From Eledone cirrhosa (lineage: Eukaryota): 64,000 nt of DNA. Numbering within the stretch: the stretch's first letter is position 1; each line of letters begins with the position of its first letter. A model generated the notes under the pieces. That model was not told the origin of the DNA. It saw only the letters and a program-made list of their open reading frames with translations, and made no database searches. Shown piece after piece: positions 50,758 through 63,764 of this stretch. Location of the stretch: contig OZ024745.1 of assembly GCA_964016885.1 (NCBI GenBank), positions 102,176,001 to 102,240,000 on the forward strand, in the 5' to 3' direction. A program made the position numbers and the translations under genes.

Positions 50758-51203
50758 TCTATATATCTAAAACAGAGAATGTCTGTCTGTCTGACTCCCT
50801 AAAACTCGAGAACCACCCAACCAAATTTTTTCAAACTTTACACACGTAATACATATGGTCGCGTGAGTGTTTTGAGCAAAAACTATTTCAAATTGTCAAT
50901 GCCCTAGGGACCGCATTAGGCTATTTAGCGATCTCTCTCTATAATTCTTATTTTTTCTTTTTAGATAGATACATATCTACGACGTCGCGCCCTTATAATA
51001 TCTGTTTGTATGTCTGGCTGTCTACATTACGACATTATGACGCTGTGTGTGTATATATGTATATATAGTGTGTGTGTATATATATATTGTGTGTAACGTT
51101 TTTCGAAATATTTACTTCTGCGTTCACAGATTGATTTTTTTAGTTTCAGAAGATCCCGTTAAGGGTGAAAGCAGCGATTCTTTGCTTAAACTTTAATCTG
51201 TTA

Positions 51204-51251
<48 letters not shown>

Positions 51252-51397
51252 TATTCGTGTACAGATATTTTTTTGCATACACAATAACAAAATATAAACA
51301 AACGTATTTATTTCACGAGGCTCAATAATGATAAATATATATCAAATATATAAGAAGCCTAGAGCAAATTCCGAGCAACGCCGGGCCATTCTGCTAG
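50758..51397 (+). mobile_element. Non-autonomous Helitron
   Basis: A|TC 5' end, (GTCT)n near the start, 3' hairpin CCGAGCAACGCCGGG, CTAG|T end, no TSD. Confidence 0.85.
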
Positions 51398-51513
51398 TAT
51401 ACAATAAAATTATCAAAATTAAGTATAAATAATACAAATGGATAAAAGTATTTTGGAAGTTATTGTCAGGATATATCTTTAGGGGTAAACATGTTTTTAA
51501 AGCATTATGAAAT

Positions 51514-52117
51514 GTAGATTGGCAGTATCGGTAGAGGGTCGGACGCCATGCTTTCCAGCATAGTTACGTCTCTTTACGATCTGAGTTCAAATCCCGCCGA
51601 GGTTGACTTTGCCTTTCATCCTTACGGAGTCGATAAAATAAAGTACCAGGGTAATTGCTGGCCTTGTGCCTAAAGTAGAAACAATTATGAAATGTTAGAG
51701 CTCATGGAGTCAGTATGATTGGCAGTCAAGGATTTTATTTTATTTTCATCAAAACAATACAATAAGATAATTTTATCTACGAGGTAAAAAGATCTAGTTT
51801 ACAAGTATTCTATCTGTAGGGTAAAGTAGCAATAGAATTACATATAAATTACTAAGGATGCAAGGATGAGGGTGAAACAATCATAATAGAGGAACATTAG
51901 GAACATTATTAACATGACTGGGCAGTGGATTGGCAGTATCAGTAGAGCGCCGGATACCATGCTTTGCAGCATAGAGTTACGGCCCTTTATGGTGTGAGTT
52001 CAAATCCCACTGAGGTTAACTTTTTTGCCTTTCATCCTTGTGGGGTGGATAAAATAAAGCACCAGTAATGTACTGGGGTAATTGCTGGCCTTGTGCCAAA
52101 AGTAGAAATAATTATTA
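51514..52117 (+). mobile_element. Two SINE family A copies (51514-51688, 51921-52117) with TSDs
   Basis: TSDs ATTATGAAATGT and ATTATTA(A/T)CATGA(C/T)T. Confidence 0.85.
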
Positions 52118-53994
52118 TCATGATTTTCTTCCTATAGAATTCATCATCAACATCAGCTTTTACACCCATTTTTCAATGGCGGGCGGCATGGCTTGGGTAA
52201 GACTTTTGGAGGCAGAATTCTACAGTCAGATGCCTTTCCTCATGCCAATCCTCACTTGTCTTTTAAGTAATATATGGATCTTTGCATCACAAACCATTCA
52301 GCCACCAATATCTGTTTATGCATGACAGAAACAAATGTTACCACCTGCATTAGTGATACAAAGTGAAAATAAGAGAATATTCAAGACAGAAACACACACA
52401 TGTTTCATATATTTTCTAATTATCAAATTTACTCTCAATTTGGTATGATCAAACATATTTGTAAATCATTTTTATACACCATACTAGAACATAACAGTGT
52501 ATAAATATATTATATACCCAAACATCTGACAATGAACAACCTATTACTGAATTTTTTTATAGATATTATTTTTTCTAATTTTAATAAAATGATATACTGG
52601 GAATACAATACAAATCTGGTGGGACTAACATAGACAGATTAATATCATTCAATAAATTCTTTCCAGAAATTCAGTACTGTCTTTCTTTACTCCAAACAGA
52701 CAGATTCTTTTATTGAAACAACTCAGAATTTCCAGGGAAATCTGTCAAACTATGTATCATGGGAGATGTATATAATTGACTATATAACATGAATTTGATA
52801 CAGCACAGTTATTTAGATAAACATAAATGATGTTTTTCTTAAAAATTCTGTTCTCAGTTTTCATAAACAATTCTATACATAACATTTCTTAAAGTATTGG
52901 AACATCTAAAAAAAATATCCTATTTATTTGGGTTTATTATAAACAGTGAGTAAAACACACACATAGAGAAAAGGCTACTTAGTAAAAGATAGCTCATTAT
53001 ATGAATGCTAAATCTCTTTCTGACCAAACTGAAAAGATAAATCTTATATCAAAAAGTTTGTTGAAGCCATCAAGTTAGAAATAACAGTCAAATCTCCCTG
53101 AAATCACATCCTACCATTTTGTAAAAAAATCAAAACAAAACACATTAACACTACAGATGATGTAGCTGTAGATATGCTATCTCTGTGTCTTTTTGTTATA
53201 CTAAATTCTTTACTATAACTACAGAATCCTTGCACAGTTTGATCATCTTTTTTTCAACATTTCCATTTCCTTTACAGCTCATGCCTCTAAGTCATGCCAC
53301 AATAAATATCTTGGCATAAGGTTTGTCAGCTTGACACACTAAATTTAAGCAAGGGATCAGCAGAATTAAGTTTAACTCAGAATGTAAGGGGGCGCAACTA
53401 CAAGGTGTGAGTTTAGTTTCAATCCATTCCATTCCAAGTTTGACTCTTGCTATTGTCAACTTTTCCCTTCATCCTTTTGGTGTCAATAAAATAAAGTTCC
53501 AGTGATCGATAGGAGACCATGACTTGATTGATGGAGCAATTAATGATGGACACAACTGCACAGAGGACTGGTGAATTGTGAGCCTTTTTGTCTCACCCTG
53601 TGACTGAGATTCATATGGTTGAAGTTCATCTTAACAAGTGTAAGAGTCTATACAAATAACTACTTCAGAGGAGCCAATGTAGTTATGATAGAAGATACAA
53701 AAAAAAAAAAAAAATCCCAGCATTATCTGTGAGTTAATGGTTGAAATATGTTGGTGATTGAATTTTGGCCAATCAGTCAAGGAGCTTTCCTTTGCATTTA
53801 GTTTAGGATATTAGTGTAGGAAGCAGCAACACTGCATCATAGAGACATATCATATGGGTTTTGAGTTCTGTAAAGGGTTAAAAACTTATCAGAACTGAAA
53901 TGTTTTCCATCTCTAAAGAGAATTCCAGTCTTTGAGAAGTAGTTTTGACAATGTGGAGGTCACTATGAGGGACCATCAGTGGAGAGTATCTTTA

Positions 53995-54185
53995 CATGAC
54001 CATTTGGCCTGCTAGAAATAGCAGCTAAATTACCTCAGATCATATCCTATCTTTAGAAAAGGACACATTGGATAATGTGGCCTGGGTTCCTATACATAGT
54101 TAAAATATGGAACAGTCACATTTATGGCACTTTTGATAATATATTTTCTCAATCATGGCTGATCTGGGGTAATAGAGCAATGTCA
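53995..54185. repeat. Representative of an old ~200-bp interspersed repeat family (about ten decayed copies)
   Basis: GAAATAGCAGCTAAAT..CTCA.ATCA...GGACACATTGGATAATGT; related blocks near 16370, 17280, 18590, 20870, 29130, 45390, 53070, 61100 and 63250. Confidence 0.6.
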
Positions 54186-54591
54186 GAGAATGAGAAACCT
54201 AGAATTTCTAGCAAGATTTTCATTATGTGGTGTTCTTCATGTGTAGAGAATGTGTAAGTCAAGAATTGTTTTGTTGGCGTGAATAGTGATAATAATATGG
54301 TAACAAAGTTCAGCATTAGTGCTAAAGAGAAGTTCTATTCAGTAAAGTTCTTATAAACTCATAGCTTATATAGCTTATCTTGAGTACATTTATGTGTTGA
54401 GTTCATGTTATTATTTTTGATTTTTCCCTTTCCATGAACTTTAAAAATTTAGATCGTCTGAGCATTCAGAACAGGATATTCTTGAAATTTATATCTTTGT
54501 GTGGTTAAGCTCTGTGTTTGATCACACCATGCAGAGGTAGCTGAAAAATATGTGGAAACCTATCATACACACACACTTTCGAATAAGCATA

Positions 54592-55962
54592 CATGGGAAC
54601 TCCTATACGCAGATGATCTAACTCTCATAGATGAATCTATGGCTGAACTAGAGAAGAAATTCCAAACATGGAAGCATGGCCTAGAATCAAAAGGCCTTAA
54701 AGTTAACTTGTCTAAGACAAAAGTTCTAGTTTGTAGAAAGGAATATAGGGCACAGGTGCCCTCTGGCAAATGGCCATGCTCAGTGTGTAGGAAAGGAGTA
54801 GGTAGAAATTCCATTTTATGTCCCAAATGCAAATTATGGGTACATAAAAGATGTAGTGGGATCACAGGTAAACTATCTAAGAACGTAGACCTTATATGTG
54901 GCTGATGCTCAGGTGCAATAAATAGCAAGTGCCCACAAGATACTAGCTCCTTCTATTGCCCAGATGGTTCTATAGAAATAGTGGACACTTTCCATTACCT
55001 GGGTGACAAAATCAGCAGTGGTGGTGGATGCTCTGAAAGTACAGTAGCCAGAGTCAGAACGGGATGGAAAAAGTTGAGAGAGCTTATACTGCTGTTGACC
55101 ACAAAAGGTTTCTCTCTAAAAATGAAAGGCACATTGTATGATGCCTGTATACGAACAGCAATATTACATGGCAGTGAGACATGGGCGTTGTGTGCAGAGG
55201 ACCTGCGCAGAGTGGAAAGGAACGAAGCATGCATGCTCTGTTGGATGTGTAATAGTAATATACGTGAACGGCAAAGCATAAATGAACTAAGTGAGAAATT
55301 GGGAATAAGAGGGATCAGATGCTGTTTACTTGAGAGAAGACTACATTGGTATGGTCATGTGATGCGCATGAATGACGACAGCTGTATAAAAAAGTGCAGG
55401 GCAATCAAAATTGACGGAAGTTACGGAATAGGTAGACCCAGAAAAACCTGGGACGATTTGATAAATTCGCACCTCTCTAAGACAATGTTACTGGACCAAG
55501 ATCTTTGGCACCACGCAGTAATACAGAAGACCCACCTTGCCTATGTACAAAGCGAAATCTACAGTCAGTAGGCACCTCTTAACCAAATATACACCCCAAT
55601 CCACTACCCCTACTCCATCCTCCCATTCCCACCAACACCACCCTCTCTCTGTAAAGTTGGTACCACAACATCCAATCCAAATAAATGAGAAAATGAAATC
55701 GAGATCGTGTAGGTGTCACAATGAAAAAACACACACACAGTCCACGCTGTAATGTGGCCGTGTAGGTAACACGGTAAAAAGTTGCCAGTCCGCACTGTAA
55801 ATGTGGTTGGTGTTAGGAAGTGCATCCAGCCATAGAAAACCTGCCAGATAGTCCTATATGAGTGCGACACAGTTACCCAACCAACCTTGCCTCAAATTGG
55901 GACAACTCCCATCTAACCCATGCTAGCGTGGAAGATGGACGTTAGATGAAGATGATGATGAT
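54592..55962 (+). mobile_element. RTE LINE, 5'-truncated copy of the same family as 6329-9385
   Basis: ORFs 54552..54905 and 54981..55571 closely match the C-terminal half of the 609-aa ORF; same 3' UTR and (GAT)n tail. Confidence 0.92.
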
Positions 55963-58202
55963 TAGCTCAAGAACCTACCATATTTAACAGTATATAATTC
56001 CCAATGAGGTACAAAGCCATTCCTCCATTTTAGCAGGGAATATCAAAAATATTTTTTGCATAATTATAGTTAAGCATCTAATAGTTTTCATATATTCAGC
56101 TCCACTTTGTATAAAAGAGCCAAATAATATTTTTAAATTTTATTTTAATTTTTAAGAAGTGGATCTTACATTGCATCAAATAGGGTAAGAGTCAAATGGT
56201 TCACCATTTTAAATTATTAGCAGCACTTTATAACTTTTAATTAGTGTGCAATGGTGATGCCCCAGCATGGCCTCAACCTGTCGGCTGGAACACGTAATAG
56301 AGTAATAGAGTAATGTTGAATTCAAGACCTATTGTCTTAGATCATGATACAAGAGCTAACAATTGTAATCCTTTCGTTCCATCATGAACAATTAAAAGGC
56401 AAACATTAATTATTATGTAGTCTATTGAGTTTATTATAAACTAAATTTCATTTGAAATGAATACAAAAATTAATTAATTAAAATCTATTTGTTTTCATCA
56501 TTTTTCATCTGCTTTATATGTTTGCATGGGTTGTGGCTTTTAAACAGATATTTATACATGTACTATAGTTTTGTTATATAGTGTACCATAATACTATGTG
56601 CATTAACTAACATTTGAGCTCTATTTTTACAGTTGTCTGGATTTTATCAGTTTTATTCCTGATTGCTCCTTGCATTAAACTTCATAGCAGCATAATTGAT
56701 AGGGAAACTGGAGCAGAAAATTACAATTTAGAATTTCTGATGTGTTGACTATCAAAAACACTCCCCTAAACCCTAAGGGGTGATTATCATTAACCACACT
56801 ATTGAAATTCCAATGGATTATTACTTGATACAAAGACAAAATCAATTTTTGCTGAAGCATAAATTTTTAGTGCTGCAGACAATTTCAATCTTATTCTTCA
56901 TGCATTCACAGTTTATTGGTAATTAATACTTTGAGAGGATAGATAGATTATGTATGGTATCATTATTGAAATATTGGTACAAGAAATTAATCTTATAGGT
57001 TATCAGGGAGAAATAATATGGTACCCTTTTGGGAAAATATTTTGTGGCATTGTAATCAAACTATTTAAAAACCTCATTTAGAAATCTTAACCCATGACAA
57101 ATTTTCCTCTTTTTTTTTTGCTGGTTGATTGGGGAATTGAAACTATCAACTTAGTAATTGCTGCTGGTGCTGCATTTATATATTAATCGAAAACTTTAAA
57201 TGATGGTTGTGATATTAGTGGTGGTGTTGGTGGTGTATCAGTTATGATAGTGGCCATATAATTAAAGGAATGATGGGTGATAATAGTTTTCTCATTTCTG
57301 GTTGTGATGGTATTGCAGCTAATAAGACTGAGTAATTAACAGTTGTGTAAAGTTGTAAATAATGGTACTACTAATGATAACAATAAAGATTAGAATGTGA
57401 CTAAGGACAGCATGGAGGCTCTAACACAGATGCTGATGTTTTTATGATGAAGGTGATCGCAATGATGATTACAAGGAGAAAATCTGAATGCCATCTTCCT
57501 TAACACCAGTTTTTACTGAGGTGAATTCCTATCATGTACGAACAATTCTGATGTATAGGCAAGTTTATTTGTATGGTGCTTTCTTTCTTTGTTGTTTGTA
57601 CTGTTTAGGTATAAATGAAGTAATCACACAATTTTATTAAGGTGTAACTGTCAACATAATATTACAAATAGAAAAAGAATAAAAGAAAAAAAATGGAAAG
57701 GAAAAAAGAAAGAGAAAAAAAAAGAAAACACTCAAGCAGGTAATACATACATCTGTGCTAGAACAACCAAGTGCCCTCACAAGCATCGCCAGTTACCTTG
57801 GTTAGGCAAGCTGCCAAAGGACTAAAAAAATTAAACAAAAAACACCTAGTAGACACATACATTAAATACCTTCAAACATAACGTGTACATTACTTTTCAA
57901 GATGGTGGGGTTTAATTTTAAGGAGATTTGACAGTTATCAAATGACCACAACAAATATTTATTGTGTAGTATGTTAGAAAACCAGGTAAGGGTGGTTCTC
58001 CAGCAGTGGTAGACCATCATATATGAAAGGAACTTGCCCCCATTAGTAATGCCTCATGTGGCAGTTATTGAAGTATGGACGCTTCTCTTTTTCTTTCACC
58101 ACTCTCAAAGTTCCCACATTTTCTCTTTTGTCTAAGCCCCCAAAATAACATGCCTCCATATTAACAAACATTTCATTTATGTACACAACATCAAATGACA
58201 TT

Positions 58203-58551
58203 ATCATCATTTCATCATTTCATTTCATTTTACGTCCACTTTTCACTGCTCGCAAGGGTGGGACGGGAACTGATTCTGGCTTGATTTCTACAGTTGGATG
58301 CCCTTCCTAACACCAACCTCATTTTACAGTGAGTGCTGGGTGCTTTTTTGCCATGGCACCTCCACGACCACTTTGCAGTGGAATGATAGGGACCGCAGTC
58401 CCTATCATCTCATTTCTACAGCTGAGTAAACTGGAGCAATGTGAAATAAAGTGTCTTGCTCAAGGAAACAACACATCACCTGGTCTGAGAATTGAACTCA
58501 CAACCTTTCGATTGCAAGCCCAATGCTCTAACCACTAAGCCATGTACCTCC
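58203..58551 (-). mobile_element. SINE family B
   Basis: Near-identical to 5134-5469. Confidence 0.85.
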
Positions 58552-59954
58552 ATTATATATTTCCAAATTACACATAATCACAAACTTCAACATGATTCTA
58601 TCTGAATAACACAGAACAAATGATAGTTTTCTTCACTCTAGGTAGAACTGAAAAGAACTAGTGAAGATGAAGTTGAAATTCCTATTAATGCTGTAAAAAT
58701 TAAGTAGATAAATGAATGAAGGATATGAATTCTAATAAACAAAGAATCTAAACAGAATGTCGACATCATATAGATGATATGGTGATAGAAGCAAGAGACA
58801 GAAAAATATACCTTTAACTTAATTTGTAATTGGTGTTAATTTATCAAATTGATTTAGTCTTCCAAATTAACTTTATAAATTGAATTATTTAATTTTAATT
58901 AATTCCTTGAAAGACCATGCCTTTTTCTAATATTCCTTACAACACCAAGGAGGCTAGTGAGGTGATAAAGGTCTTACACTAAGCATCTAGTTGCAGATAG
59001 TTCTCTAAATTCTAAGTCATGAGCTTTCTTGTCAATTAGCAACAAATATAGGACAAAACTAAATTCTGTGCACCCAACAAATTTTCAGCATTAATTAACT
59101 GTGGATTTGAATTCAATAAGCATTGGGTCTTGTTTTTAATCTACAAGTCAGAATGTTCAAGAAACTCTAACAACATATATGTAAGTTCCATAGTTTACAA
59201 CAACCAGGTTTTTCTCATCAAAGCAATTCTGCTATAAGATAACAGACTTCTGTATCAAACTTCTCTTAAAAGTAGCTGTTTATCAATCTGGCATTGATGA
59301 ATAACCTAAATGAAATTAAGTGAAATATAGACTACAGAAAAGTAAGCTCAAATATGTTTGATGTAGATACCAAAATTAAAAGTAATCTTATCTTCACTAT
59401 TACATTTCGTTACAAAAATAATATGAATTGCACAAATGGTAGAGTATAAGGCAACATTGAATTCTTCTTAAGGTAGAGATGGTAAAATATATAAAACTAT
59501 TTTTTTTAATTAGTAGCGACACCTGTTGGCCAATAATATGTCATCTCTTTTTTGCCTGCAAATTGATTTAAGGAAACATTCGGACAAGTCTTTGATCAGT
59601 TTTCAGAATATATTCTGTTGATCATTTTATTGATTCTGAGTGGATGATTGGGATAATTATAGTTCCCGCTATGTTATAGTAAGTATTAATTGTCTACTCT
59701 TATCTCTGGTTAGAAACTAAATTTCTTAGAGCTGATTGGATAATGTAAATTTAGTTTGATAAAAAAAATTGAAGCTTTAGTTTCAAGGCTTTCATAAAAT
59801 GAGACACCAGAAAAGATATATGATGAAGAAACACCTAAAAATTGTCCATACCTATACTTTAGAATTTCAGAGATTATCTTAGTAACCTAGAGATTATTGT
59901 ATCCCTTTCATCACCACATTTCTGATGAAATAGACTGCCTGTGTGTTTTAATTA

Positions 59955-60331
59955 ATTTGCAGAGAAATGAAGTAAACATGCTCTGTTGGATGTGCAATGT
60001 CAATGAACCACCAAGCATAGATGAGTTGAGAGAGAAACTGTGTATAAGAGGGATAAGTTGTAGTGTGCAGGAAGACTGTGATGGTATGGACATGTGATGC
60101 GCTGGGTAAAGAAGTGCCAAGAAATCTCAGTAGAAGGAAGATGCAGTAAAGGAAGATGCAGTAGTGGAAGACCACGAAAAACATGGACGGAGGTGGTGAG
60201 AGCTGACTTCAGATCACTGAAGCTCACAGAGGAGAGGATGAAGGACTGTGACATGTGGAAAGATGTTTTGCTGAATAGGACCCGTCCCACCCTTGCAAGT
60301 AGGAAAAAGTGGACATAAAATGATGATGATG
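59955..60331 (+). mobile_element. RTE LINE 3' fragment (different subfamily; tail matches SINE family B)
   Basis: MLCWMCNV...ELREKL...GRPRKTW; tail CCCGTCCCACCCTTGCAAG...GGACATAAAATGATGAT. Confidence 0.8.
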
Positions 60332-60592
60332 GATACAAAATTTGGAATATTTCAATAAAACACTTTTTTTTCAATAGTAAACTACCATTTAGAACATTAC
60401 CTAACTAAAATTTCTTAAAATCAATTATGATGGTAAGTTTTTATATAAGTATGAACATTTTAAAATGGACAGTCTGAATATTTGCAGAGTCCATTGGTGG
60501 TGAAGATATAGTTTAAATGCTTGCAACAAAGAGAACTCTACTAAAGACATTAAAAAAATGGAGACTTGTTTTCATCAAGCCAAACTATGACT

Positions 60593-61010
60593 GCCGTGAT
60601 TGGCAGTATTGGTAGAGCGTTGGACGCCATGCTTTACAGCATAGAGTTACCTCTCTTTACGGTCTGAGTTCAAATCCCGCCAAGGTTAACTTTACCTTTC
60701 ATCCTTACAGGGTGGATAACAGAAAGTACCAGTAATGCACTGGGATAATTGCTGACCTTGTGCCAACAGTAGAAACAATTATTTATATAGCAGTGGATTG
60801 GCAGTATTGGTAGAGTGTCAGACACCGTGCTTTGAGGCATAGAGTTACGGCCCTTTACGTTCTGAGTTCAAGTCCCACTGATGTTGGCTTAGACTTTCAT
60901 TCTTACAGGGTCAATAAAATAAAGCACCAGTTATGCACTGGGATCAATTTAATCAACTTTCCCTGCCCCTTCAAATTGCAGGCCTTGTGCTTAAAGTAGA
61001 AACAATTATT
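60593..61010 (+). mobile_element. Two tandem SINE family A copies
   Basis: 60593-60782 and 60789-61010; the second has TSD ATTATTTA(T/A)ATAGC. Confidence 0.85.
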
Positions 61011-61489
61011 TAAATAGCTTATTTCTTATGCACTCATAAAAAGAAATACAAATCTGTTTAATATTTACTTAAATCTACTTCAAATTTTATTTGGTTATTG
61101 TTGTTATTTAGTCAAAGGTCAGTGCTAAGTGAACAAATCTAAGGTGTAAAACATTCCAATTGTGTTGTTTTCCTATGAGCAAGGAACCCAAGACAACATT
61201 ATCCATACCCTTTTCTATGATGGTAATGTGTGATGTCAGGGAATTTAGCTGCTCTATTTATCAAATAAAAAGACCAAGTAGAAGATATTTGTAAGCTTAA
61301 GGATAATTTTGTGTTGTTAAACAGTGTGGCATACGAGTCCTACCATGTATATATACACATTGTACTTTTTAATATAAAAATATTAAGATGGTACTATATA
61401 TTAATGTTTCTATGCAAACAGTACAGGATTTAATTTAAGCTGTGAGAAATGTATATGTAAGCATATAAACATTATGCTCCCACTCCCTC

Positions 61490-61753
61490 CTACTGTAAAA
61501 TGGTCATATAGGTGTCATGAAAAAAAGCACCCAGTCTACTCTGTAAAGTGGTCATGTAGGCACCACAGTAAAAAAGCACCCAGTACTCATTGTAAATAAG
61601 GTTGATTTTAGGAAGGGCATCCAGTTGTAGAAATCAAACCAAAATCAGTTCTGTATGAGCAAGACATGGTCATGTGACCTGGCATTGTCCAGAACAGGAC
61701 AATCTGTCTAACCCATGCTAGCATGGAAGAATGGATGTAAAACGATGATGATG
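61490..61753 (+). mobile_element. RTE-tail element (family C)
   Basis: Tandem CTGTAAAGTGGTCATGTAGG units, GGCATCCAG motif and (GAT)n tail. Confidence 0.75.
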
Positions 61754-61766
61754 TATATATATATAT

Positions 61767-62050
61767 AACCAAAAGTTAAACAAGGTTCATTGATTAATCA
61801 ATGAATATAGTTTTACAATAGATTAGAAGTACTCAACAAAAAAGTTTTCTGGAGTTATTAATATTAATTCAAAATATTAATAAATATAGACATTCATGTA
61901 ATCAAATATATTTTATTATATATATTTCAGAGGTACTGTGCTGTTTCCTCAGTACGTCCTCATCAGATAAAGTATATAAATTGATGAGAAAATATATATA
62001 ATAAAATATATTTGATTACATGAATGTCTATATTTATTATATTTTGAATT
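61767..62050 (-). mobile_element. Short Penelope-like end with ~61-bp inverted duplication, between (TA)n tracts
   Basis: Arms 61866-61927 and 61990-62050; hammerhead in the centre. Confidence 0.65.
61908..61975 (-). ncRNA. Type I hammerhead ribozyme with intact core
   Basis: AUACUUUAU-CUGAUGA-GGACGUACUG(aggaaacagca)CAGUACCUCU-GAAA-UAUAUA-UA-AUAAAAUAU. Confidence 0.75.
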
Positions 62051-63527
62051 TATATATATATATATATATGCTAACATGGAAAATGGATGTTAAACAATGA
62101 TGATGATGATATATAGAGACTCCATACCAATACCTAATTACTCCTGATGATGATGATGATATAACCATGTAAACATGTCTTATTTGTGTAGTTCTCTGTA
62201 GATTGAATGAGATGAACAGCTCTGATGATCACCAGGAGCTATCTATATCTCTTACAATCCAGGGAGAAATATGTATGTAAAGGCTTTATAAACACATCAA
62301 ATGTTGCAGTAACATTGAACTGGATCTGCTAATTTGCATGTTATTAGGGTTTACAATAACAGTTAATTCAATTATATACTGTAATATGTACCCATACCTA
62401 TACATGCATGTTTACATATATTTCTTATAGTTTCTGTTAAATCCTATACTTTTAGTGAGAATCTATAAATGTATAATATACTTTAGCTGCTTAGTGTTCA
62501 ATTTAATATATGGGATGATATTGTTCAAGCAAACTTATTAAATGTTCTCTATATCACTATACATTTGAAAACAATATTTTAAATATCAACTCTCTCTTCT
62601 AAAACATTGTTTTTTCTTCAAAATAAATAATATATTTTCACTTGGTCTTACAGCCATTTATTTTTTTCAATATTTGCACAGTATATTTAATTCTTGAATT
62701 GGCTACACACAACCAGACTATTTTATATGATATTGATAAAATTGCTAACTTATAATTCAAAATCCTATGACAAGGACATGTGTTGAGTGCAAACAAAGAC
62801 CAAACTTCACCAAGTAGTATCAATGTCTGTTCATGATGTTTAAACAGTTGACAGAAGTGGTTACAAATTTTATAAAGTTTCCATTTTCGTTTTCAAAATT
62901 TGAAGTAGATTTGAACAAATATTAAACAGGATTACATTTCCCTTTATGAGTGCTTGAGAAAGGAGCTGTTTAAATAAGTGTCATGCTTTGGCTTGATTAA
63001 CAGATTTCTATTGCTCACATTCAATGTCTATTAATATTAACTTTCAAGTTATTGACTTAAAAATTTCCTTTGCTTTTCGTGAAAGTTAATTGCAGCATTA
63101 AATTCTATTTTGGTTGCTATAAATAAATAAAAATTCAATCTTCTTTTGTTTTCAATGACTTCTGTCTTGAATAAAATTACTGAATTTCAAGATGTTGGAG
63201 AATTAAAATTTGTTACAAACTGAATTTGAATGCATACTTTAGACCCTGATGTTGTTGTTGTTTAGTTCCAGTTCAACCTCAGGTCAAACAGACTTAATAA
63301 TCAAAGAAGATACACCAAGAACCATCTGTCTTTTCAGGAATATAACATGTATGACTACATTAACCAGTGTGTCCTTTCTTTTGTAAGACGTTTTTTCAAG
63401 AAAATTCTGCTATTTCTTGCAGGGTGAATGAAGATATAAAAAAGCCTCTGTTGGTTTGTTTAATTTTGTTTTAAAATTTCCAAAATTGAAGAGTATGGAA
63501 AAATATATTGTGCATTGACCGTATTAA

Positions 63528-63764
63528 CCCTTTAGCCTTTACATTAACCACCACCCTCTCTCTCTCTATATATATATATATACTATTGTATTTTATGATA
63601 AAGGCTTTACGGTACATAATTATTTGATATAATATCGAATTTATGAGATTTTGATGTTATTTATTTTGAGAACAATACTTTAACATCAATATGAGTGGCC
63701 AGTTATGGCCAGTTTGAAGGTGAGACAATTCTGGCCAGATATGGCCAGGTTAAATGCTAAAGGG
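63528..63764. mobile_element. piggyBac-type MITE
   Basis: TTAA|CCCTTTAGC...GCTAAAGGG|TTAA. Confidence 0.85.

Noticed and set aside
54903-54905. In-frame TGA inside the zinc finger as selenocysteine
   Set aside because: Aligns to Arg of CGRC in the other copy, so it is a nonsense mutation rather than a Cys position.
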